A DNA stretch of 64,000 nt, taken from NCBI RefSeq assembly GCF_009914755.1, contig NC_060946.1, one strand, 5' to 3'. The stretch's first letter is position 1. Each line of letters starts with the position of its first letter. Positions 47,421 to 64,000 of the stretch are shown in pieces. A program made the position numbers and the translations under genes. Source of the DNA: the human T2T-CHM13v2.0 reference genome, Homo sapiens. The notes under the pieces were generated by a model that worked only from the letters and a program-made list of their open reading frames with translations, did not search any database and was not told where the DNA came from.

Positions 47421-48449
47421 GCTTGTTAGTTAAGATGATTACATCATGAATCCATGGCGAGTAAACTTTTGTAAGACCATTGAGTCACTCTGGTGTTGCA
47501 AGTATAGACGGATCTGATTGCCTAATTCCAGGAGGGTTAGGCCCTGACCTCAGTCATGACTACTTTCTGAATAGGCTTGGCACCAGGAATTGAGTGGGAG
47601 GAACCTAGGTGATCTAGGAGTTTAAACAAAAATAAAATCTTCAATTTTAGAAGAAAAGATGTCCCAAGAAACTGCTCCATGATGGGTAGGAGATAAAAAA
47701 GTGGAAACAGGTACCTGAGCAGGAAAAACTATGTTCATGATTTTATACTAGCTCTTGAGGTTTTAGTCTTGTGTTAGGAAAAGTGGATTTAGGATTAAAG
47801 TCTTCTGTCCGTACACAATCTACAGCATTAAAAGATTTTACCCTATCAGATTGGCACATGCCTGTGGGAACAGCTAATCGGGAGGCTGGTGTGGGAGCAT
47901 CACTTGAGCCTGGAAGTTGGAGGTTGCAGTGAGCCAAGATCAAGCCACTGCACTCCAGCCTGAGTGACAGAGTGAGACCCCTATCTCAATTAAAAAAAAA
48001 AAAAAATCTTACCCTATCAAAGATTCGAGTTCAGTGAAGATCCATTATAAAATACTTCCTCCTTCAAATAGAGATGATGATAACAGGCATCGATGCAATA
48101 CTCTTAGTAAGCATTGACTCTTGGTTGTTTTTTAGTCAAAGATTTCTAATTCTGGCTCTATTACTGAAAGACCATCTGGCCACCCATTATGGTACACAGG
48201 TTATATAACAAGAATGCTATGGTTATTGACTGAAAGCCATTTTATAATGAGACACCCTATTGCTATTACATAAAAGGCAGTCTCAGCTATAGAACGAATT
48301 CTCCCTTGGTCAGTCACTGTGGTCCTACTAATCATGGAGGGAAAAGATGTTTCTCTCAGAAAATCTAAACTGAGTAGGAAAGCCCCAGGAGGTGCAAGCC
48401 TGGTTGCACATTAGAATTGGCTAGAAGTTTTAATAAATACTCATGATAG

Positions 48450-49525
48450 CCCTTGAACATATGAAAAGATGCTTGACCTCACTCCTAATAAGAGCAATGC
48501 AAAATAAAACTACTTTGAACATTTTTTTTCACCTATCAGATTGGCAAGAGTCTAAAAGTTGAACATAAAATTTTATTAATATCCAGTTCTCCTCTACTTC
48601 TGAGAATATGGACTATACAATTTCCTGCACCCCCTGAATTTAGGCTTAGCATGTGACTCATTCTGGCCCATAAAATGTGAGCAGAATTAACATATTTTCC
48701 TCTGGGCTGAAGGATTTAATAGCTGGTGCTATTAATCAAACTATGGGGATTCTCCAGTTCTGTTCCCCAATTCAGCTACTAAGTGAGAAGGTGAAGTGTT
48801 CCATTTGGTGCAGCCTCAGGATGGGGGAGTTTCACCACCCTGGATCTGAGCCGCTGCACCGAGGAACATTGCCCTGTGTCAGAAATAGTTAAGCCACTGC
48901 TGCATAATCCCAGCCCATTGTGACACACGCTGTTGATGAAGCTGTGAGTAAACAGGTATTCTCCTATATTGCTGCAATAGTACCAAATGCTAAAAGCATC
49001 ATGGAGGGCAATTTGACCATAGCTATAGATGCACATTTATCATTTAATCTATCATTTAATTCCACTTCTGGGAATTCATCCTACAGAAATGCCTGCATAC
49101 ATATGAAATGATGTATGCACAAAGTTATACATTATGGCATTGTTTGTAACGAGAGTTTGGAAATAAATATCTAAGTATGGAGACTGGTTAAATAGACTAT
49201 GGTCTATCTTCACAATGGAATAGTATGCAAATATAAAAACAAACAAACAAACAACAAGGAAACTCTCAAAATGCTGATGTGGAAATTATTCCAGGATATA
49301 TTGTTAGATTTTTAAAAAGCAAGACGCAGAAGAGTGGATATGTTTCCTTTAGTGTAAGAAAGGGGGAAAATAAAAATATTCTTACATAAACATTTGTGTG
49401 ATACACAAGAGATGAATAGAAGTAGTTAACTATAGGGTCCTCCAAGTCGGATGGGATGGGAGCAGGACTTCTCAATAAATACCATTTGTATCACTTTATA
49501 TTTGAACCATTTTAATACATTATTT
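48450..49525 (+). mobile_element. Old L1 (L1ME-type) 3' fragment containing an MLT1-type LTR at ~48580-48920
   Basis: AACATATGAAAAGATGCT..CCTCACT..TAATAAGAGCAATGCAAA; AATTCCACTTCTGGGAAT..ATCCTACAGAAAT; CACAATGGAATAGTATGCA. Confidence 0.7.
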
Positions 49526-50129
49526 TTTTTTAATATAGTACTCAGGTCTCCCTGCAAGCCAAATAAATAAATCAGTCTTCTGGGATCAGGACTGGGCTTT
49601 TTGTTGTTGTTGTTTTTTTATGCTATGCAGGTGATCAAATGTTCAGTCAGCACTGAGAATCGGTGTTTTAAGCTTCAGTCTCAGATGAAACACGATATCT
49701 GAGAGGCAGTTTTTGTGTTGTGGGTATGGGTAGTATTTGGCCTTTGCTCTGTGTTCTAGAACCTAACTCTGATGGCTCAAGTAACCCTTCTGGTTGGAAT
49801 ACTATAACTAGATGAGGGAGCTCCATCTGGCACAGATGTTGACAGTGCTGTGGGATATGCCCGGATCATGTGCCAGGCTATCTGGAACTGAATACTCTGA
49901 ACTAGAGAATTGGGCTAGACACAGAGATGAAGTAAGATGCAAACCAATATTGAATTTATCAAGGCTGTGTGGTTATAATCAGGGGTCTTTTTTAGGGGAA
50001 GACATCTATTAGAAGTTGTGGTAGTAGGTTGGGCACGGTGGCTCACGCCTGTAATCCTAGCACTTTGGGAGGCCAAGGCGGGCAGATCACGAGGTCAGGA
50101 GTTTGAGACCAGCTTGACCAACATGGTCA

Positions 50130-50354
<225 letters not shown>

Positions 50355-50394
50355 TCACACTGGGAGCAACACAAAAGGCACACATTCAATATAG

Positions 50395-54180
<3,786 letters not shown>

Positions 54181-54215
54181 ACTAATCCATGATAAAAATA
54201 TATATATATTTTTGA

Positions 54216-54323
<108 letters not shown>

Positions 54324-54637
54324 TAGCTGGGACTACAGGCGCACGCCACCATGCCTCGCTAATTTTTCTATTTTTAGTAGAGATGGGGTTTCACCACGCT
54401 GGTCTCAAACTCCTGACCTCAGGTGAGCTGCCTGCCTTGGCCTCCCAAAGTGCTGGGATTACAGGTGTGAGCCACCACACCCAGCCCTTTTTTTTTTTTT
54501 TTTTTGAGACACAGTCTCACTGTGTCACCCAGGCTAGAATACAGTGGCATGATCTGGGGCTCACTGCAGCTTCAACCTCCTAGGCTCAAGCACTCCTCCT
54601 GACTCAGACTTCCAAAGTGTTGTGTTTACAGGCATGA

Positions 54638-55252
<615 letters not shown>

Positions 55253-57056
55253 TAGCCAGGATAGTCTTGATCTCCTTACATCGTGATCCACCCGCCTCGG
55301 CCTCCAAAAGTGCTGGGATTACAGGCATGAGCCACTGCGCCCGGCCTATTACAGCTTTTTTAATGGTTTCTTTCTGTTTCTCTACTCATTGCTGTTTTGC
55401 TATCTCAGCATTTAGTAACTTTTTTTGGAATGTTTTTGACAGGGTCTTGCTCTGTTGCCTAGGCTGAGGTGCAGTGGCACAATCAAGGCTTACTGCAGCC
55501 TCGACCTCCTGGGCTCAGATGATCCCCCAACCTCAGCCTCCTGAGTAGCTGGGACTTGAACACCTGGGCTCAAGTGATCTACCCACCTTGGCCTCCCAAA
55601 GTGCTGGGATTACAGGCATGAGCCAACATGCCCAGCCTGGAAAGTTTATTTTATGCTTGTCTCAACTGTGCTAAGGAAAAATAAAGGAAAGTATCTTTTA
55701 CAAAAATTTTATTATGACAAATTCCAAACATACATAAAAGTATTATAGAATATAATTAACCCTACCCTCGCATCATGTCACCTGGTTTCAATAATTATCA
55801 ATCTCACATGGCCATTCTTGTTTCACTTTTATCTAACCCACACCTTATTCCCCTCTGGAGTATTTAGAAGCAAAATGAGAGATATTTGGTTCTTTTTTTT
55901 TTTTTTTTTTTGAGATGGTGTCTCACTCTGTCTCCCAGGCTGGAGGGTAGTGGCACAATCTTGGCTCACTGCAACCTCCGCCTCCCAGGTTCAAGCTATT
56001 CTCCTGTCTCAGCCGCCTAAGTAGCTGGGACTACAGGTGAGCGCCACCATGCTCAGCTAATTTTGGTATTTTTAGTAGAGACAGGGTTTCACTATGTTGG
56101 CCAGACTGGTCTTGAACTCCTCACCTCAAGTGATCTGCCCACCTCAGCCTTGCAAAGTGCTGGGATTACAGGTGTGAACCACTGTGCCCGGACTTTACTT
56201 TTTTCTAAAAAGAGAGTTTATTTAAGGAAAATAGAGAGCAGAGAGTTTATTTTTACAATGTTTTTACATTGACTGGGTGCCGTGGCTCACTCCTGTAATC
56301 CCAGCACTTTGGGAGGCCAAGGTGGGCGGGTTGCGAGGTCAGGAGTTCAAGACCAGCCTGGCCAATATGTTGAAACCTGGTCTCTACTAAAAAATACAAA
56401 AATTAGCCAGGTGTTGTGGCATGCGCCTGTAGTCCCAGCTACTCAGGAGGCTGAGGCAGGAAGAATCACTTGAACCAGGGAGGCGGAGGTTGCAGTGAGC
56501 CGAGATCACGCCACTGCACTCTAGCCTGAGCAACAGAGTGAGACTCTGTCTCGAAAAAAAGAATGTTTTTACTTTTTTTAAAATAGAGATGGGGTTTTGC
56601 AATGTTGTCCAGGCTGGTCTCTAACTCCTGGCCTCAAAGGATCCACCTGCTTCACCTTCCCAAAATGCTGGGATTACAGGTGTGAGCCACTGCACCTGGC
56701 CAAGAGCAGATAGTTTATATAGACAGATAGTACACCCTGAAAAGATGAGGCAAAGAGGGCTGAGGCAAAGAGGGCTGCTGAAAAGGGAGTGAGCCAGCAG
56801 CTAATGTTCAATTATCATTTTTCTCTGGCTTCCTCCCATCTTTATCCATCTACATTCAAAAACCATACATTAAGTATGTATCGGCTGGGCGTGGTGGCTC
56901 ACACCTGTAATCCGAGCACTTTGGGAGGCCAAGGCGGGCAGATTATGAGGTCAGGAGTTCGAGACCAGCCTGGCTAACATGGTGAAACCCTATCTCTACT
57001 AAAAATACAAAAATTAGTCAGGCATGGTGGCGCGTGCCTGTAATCCCAACTACTCA

Positions 57057-57233
<177 letters not shown>

Positions 57234-57898
57234 TCAAGATGCTCAGATTGGGATGAGAAAAATATTTATGAACAATTACAATAGAATGTGATAAAAATTA
57301 ATTTAGGCTGTGCCCACAGTGTATACATAGTAATCAGAGAGTATGGTCAGTTTTGGTTCTGCTTTTAGAATATGTGTTTGGAGTCACCAGAGATGTGACC
57401 CCTAAATGCTTCATGCTGATTATTAGCCTACTAAAGGAAAAACTATGGAGAGGTGAAGGACGCTCTGCATTTAGAGGGCAGAGAGCGGGTTGCTGTGGCT
57501 CACATCTGTAATCCTAGCTACTTTGGAGGCTGAGGCAGGAGGACTACTTGAGCCTAGGAATTTGAGACGAGAGTCAGCAACAGAGAGACATGTCTTTAAA
57601 AACAAAACAAAACCCAAAAAGCCTAATTCAGTCAAAGCATGGGTAGAAGCCAGATTAAGAAGGTTGAGCAGCTGGGTGGGTGGCTCACGTCTGTAATCCC
57701 AACACTTTGGGAGGCCAAGCTGGGAGGATTACCTGAGCCCAGCAGTTCCAGATCAGCTTGGGCAATACAGTGAGACCTCATCTCTACAAAAAATTTAAAA
57801 ATTAAAAAATCACCACTAGGATTACAGGCGGTGGCTCACGCCTGTAATCCCAGCACTTTGGGAGGCTGAGGCAGGAGGATCATGAGGTCAGGAGTTCA

Positions 57899-58090
<192 letters not shown>

Positions 58091-58486
58091 CTACAGAGCT
58101 AGAGTCCGTATCAGAATAAAAAAAAAAAAAAGGGCTGGGCAAGGAGCAGGTGATTATGAAGTGGTAAATCTGACAGTGAAAAGTAGTTAGAAAACAAAGT
58201 GGAGATTTTTCTCTCCACCCTCACCCACCCACTGAGGGTGTATGCTCAGGGTTTTAGGGTATAGAGGTAGAGGCCCAGGGAATGACTGAATAATAATAAT
58301 GGAAGACTCATATGATGCTTACTATGTGCCAGGTACTATTCTAAGCACTTTGCATATATTAACTTGTTTCATACATAGCTGGGCGGGGTGGCTCACATCT
58401 TGGCTGAGGGGGAGGATTGTTTGAGCTCAAAAGTCTGAGACGAGCCTGGGCAACATGGTGAGATTTCGTCTCTATTAAAAATCAAA

Positions 58487-59517
<1,031 letters not shown>

Positions 59518-60485
59518 TCAGAGCCCATGATAGCCAGGTTACCCACTTGTGGACTTCCTTGACCACTTAATTGAGTCAATCTAACCCTCACCTTCTCTCT
59601 CCTCTCACTCCATTTAGCGGGTCACGTAGCCACTAGGGCTTCCTTAGCCTATCAGGCCACCTGGGGACTGAGTCATTCAGTCAGTCACCTATCTGGTGGT
59701 CACATCTGCCCCTGGGCTCATCCTTTTACTGGGCCACCTCGGCCCATCGGGACCTGTCAGTCCTTGACCTCCCTCAGGCCCCTAGGCTGGCCAGGTCGCC
59801 TCAGTGCCACGCCTCCCTGGCCCGCGATTCAGCCTGCACGTTACGCTTTGTTCCCAGAAGCAGGTTTTCGAAACGCGGTTCCCTCTCGGCTCCAGCTGTT
59901 TTCCTGCCAGCGCTGGGAGACCCGGCAGCCGCAGCGCCCCCAGCGGCGCGCAGCGGCCCAGGAAGAGAGTGCCTACCGCCGGCGCCTCTTCAGCCTCCTC
60001 CTGGAACGCGGGAGCGGGCGCGACCAGCGCCCACCCTGATCGTCGCGACGGTGCTCCTGATTGGCTGCGCTGTGTGACGTAACGGGAGGGCCCCGGCGGC
60101 CGCCGGGAGCCGGGGCCCAGCGCGTGCGCAGACGGAGCGCGCTGAGCGGAGGGGGAGGTGGCTGCCGCTTCTCCCGCGTCCGCCATTTTGTTGCTGTGGC
60201 TATTGGGAACAAGCTGGGCAAAAGCACCCCGGAGGCGCGACGCTCCTTCGAGTTCGGTGCCTCGTGTGACGGCGGGGGTCGGTGAAGACCCGTCGAGCTG
60301 CGGCGCCGGCGCGTTCCAGGCCGGGAGTCACTGGAGGCACCCCTGGGACGCCGAGCAGCCCGAGAACCCCGGGGTGGCCTCCGCTGCGGCTCGGGTTTGC
60401 CTGCCCCGACCCCCCGGCTCTGCCGTGCATTCCCGGGCGGCTCTCTCCGTGTGGCGGCCCCGGAGCAGGCGGGCGGCGTCGGAGG

Positions 60486-60533
60486 ATGCTGCGGGCCCGG
60501 AGCCGAGAGGAAAGTGCTGGCCCAGCCCTCTGA
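60486..60533 (+). other. Upstream ORF (15 aa, MLRARSREESAGPAL*) in the CRKL 5' leader
   Basis: Only ATG between ~60120 and the main ATG; -3 base is A; stops 122 nt before the CRKL ATG. Confidence 0.6.
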
Positions 60534-60592
60534 GCGCTCCTCGAGGTGTGCGAGAGGCCCTTCCTCGGCCCCAAAGCCGTCTGCCGGGCTAA

Positions 60593-61051
<459 letters not shown>

Positions 61052-61305
61052 TGAACCCATATTCCCCGCATTCTGAACCAAATTATTTTCCAGAAGGCCT
61101 TCCTAACAGAAAGCTAGTGTCAGGATCTGGGTCACTGGATAAGAGGATGCGTTTTTTTTTTTCCCTCTCACGAGGCTGTTTCTTAATGTGAAGAGGATGC
61201 GTTTTGAATGTTTAACGGTGGTTGCATAGTTAAAATGCACGCTTTTTGCCTTTCGTGACTTTCTCTGGGTGTAATACTGATGCAGGGATTTGTTGGTTTT
61301 TCTAA

Positions 61306-61607
<302 letters not shown>

Positions 61608-61668
61608 CAAAAACCGTTTTTAAGCCATAGACTTCTTTGAGAATCTGAAGATAGCCGAGCACTCACCA

Positions 61669-61700
61669 CCCCACCCCCACCCCCACCCCCACCCCTCCCC
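61669..61700 (-). other. (GGGGGT)n-type G-quadruplex motif on the minus strand (i-motif on plus) in CRKL intron 1
   Basis: Six C-runs of 4-5 nt separated by single bases. Confidence 0.7.
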
Positions 61701-62939
61701 GCCAAAGGCACGTACACACAAGTTTGCACACCATCCCGGGTGCTTGTACTCCCTCCAGATCTCTGAACTCCAGGTTAAGAACTCCAGGACTGCAGCCTTT
61801 GGAACAGTCAAAAAAATGAAAATGCTTTAGCGTTTAGAAACAAAAAAACCTTTAACCAAAATATCAGAACTATATATTGATACTGTGGTGCCAAGTTTGA
61901 AGCAGGCCAGACACCACCACTTTTATAGTACGTTAATTACAAAGATAAGAGAAGGTGCATTGGCTTCAGCGAGGATATTTTTTGGAAAATTTATTGCATA
62001 TTTTCTCCCCGAGGACCATTAGTAGGCCAGAGATCAGTCTGGTTAATTTCCAAGGTGGAATTAGGCTAGAATGTTATTAAGGAAAATTTTTGAATGACAC
62101 TTAGTTGTATCCTAGTTCAATTTCAGACATGCTTTTTGTGTTAAGTCTAATGATTTTGTATTTCTTATTTTAAAATTAACGCAAAGTGACCAAGCATTCT
62201 CTTTTCCAAGTGAAATACGTTATTTTAATTGATTAGTTGCTTTAATTTGCCTTAAGCGTTTTAGCAGAGATTTGCTTTTATTGTTGTGTTTGCCCTGTAA
62301 CACTGATTTTATCAGAGGTTTCTTTTATTTAAATTATCCCAAATTTGAGTTGAAAAGTTGCCTAGAATTTTTAAAGTAACAAACTGGCCAGTTCGTTTCT
62401 TAAACATCTATTTTAAAAGGACTGGGTGTTGATACAGTTTTTCCAGGGTTAGATGTTTATGACTTTATGGATTTGTCGACCGGGTATTACTCTAAACTTT
62501 AAACATTAAAAGCTATTATAATTGAGGACACCAACTGTTTGCATAGTGGGATAGAGATAGAAAAAAAAAAGCCATGACAGTATAATGACTACAAGATTAA
62601 CTACTGAACTAAATGGACTTTAAAAGTGGGGAGAAAGTGATTATAAATCAAATACTGTATAACAAAGACCAGGACACCAAGAATCTGATTGGTGAAACCT
62701 GCGGTTCCTGGCAGATGCTGGTAGTTGCAGTCAACTTTGAGCACAATATAATTCCAATTTAAGGAGTTAAGAATCTTAGAACCCACTGTAGTGAGATTTG
62801 TAATATGACTGAATAAATTCTTCCTCTCGTTTGTGAGCGTGAATTATATAATTAATACCAGGCATTCATTAAGCCATGCATATGCTTATGTTGAGGTCAT
62901 GAGTACTAATAATACAGCTGTTTCAAAAAGCAAGTTAAT

Positions 62940-63337
<398 letters not shown>

Positions 63338-64000
63338 TTAGAGAACAAGCATGTAATTCTGTCTTTGCCCTCTTTCGTCCTTCCTTTACTGCAGCTGTAC
63401 TAGGCTGCTCACTTATTCCCTGGTAGCCATCCTTCCTTACTCATACCTTTGTACCTTTGTACCTTTGCTCCAGCTGTTGGCTCTTCACTGACTGCCTTAA
63501 CTACACCTCACTCTCCATCTGTTGAAATCCTACCTGTTGTTCCAGTCCCCTCACAGATTATAGGGCCTTTCTCTGACCCTCCCCCTCACGTTCAGCTTTG
63601 TTTCTCCTTCTCTGTGCCCTCTGCCTCAGGCCTGTTGCTTTAATTTAGTTTTTCATTTTCCTAGGTATCTCTGAAGGAGATCACCATGCTGGTTGAATTA
63701 GATCCTGACTGAGTTTACTTTGTTATACTGAATCTTCGAATTGCCACTCCCAAGCCTGGTTTTCATGGCTTAGGTTTAACATGTTATTAGCCTTTTATAG
63801 AAAGCTAGTGACTACTAGAGCCTGGGCCAAACGGAAAACTCAGTGTAATGCTTCTTCGCATCCCAAACAGGGTACATTTAGTGGCTTAACTTTGCAGGCA
63901 TCAAAACTGAGCTTTTAAAGCCAGAGTTTCATGCCTCTTGGCTAATATTTTGGTTTATCTTGCATAGCTAAAATTTGTAACAATAATGTCCTACTCGAAA

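Noticed and set aside
56746-56775. 15-bp tandem duplication TGAGGCAAAGAGGGC x2
   Set aside because: Ordinary slippage duplication in intergenic DNA with no sign of function.

Overview
This is human (primate) genomic DNA from the 22q11.21 PI4KA-SNAP29-CRKL locus. The window holds (i) the first coding exon of PI4KA on the minus strand (ATG 1446, donor after 1291), (ii) the complete 5-exon SNAP29 gene on the plus strand (777-nt CDS = 258 aa + stop, all junctions GT-AG, ~3.4-kb 3'UTR ending near 33.93 kb), head-to-head with PI4KA across a shared CpG-island promoter (386 bp ATG to ATG), and (iii) the CpG-island promoter and first coding exon (SH2 domain) of CRKL. The rest is extremely repeat-dense. 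I counted roughly 100 Alu copies or fragments by hand, plus MIR/L2, MaLR and MER21 LTRs, an old L1, hAT-Charlie DNA transposons and microsatellites. Almost all ORFs in the supplied track outside the exons are Alu-derived noise. I found no new multi-gene system. The best second-look items are: a fossil hAT-Charlie (Cheshire-like) transposase shattered by Alus and carrying a CpG-decayed 28S rRNA 5' fragment; a near-consensus AluYa5 just upstream of CRKL; a 90-bp non-repeat duplication in SNAP29 intron 2; two snap-back (template-switch) hairpins inside Alus; a tiny TSD-flanked retro-insertion in CRKL intron 1; a CRKL uORF; a perfect spare splice donor in SNAP29 intron 1; and a CLEAR/E2F composite in the bidirectional promoter. 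Repeat family names and boundaries were called by eye and are approximate.
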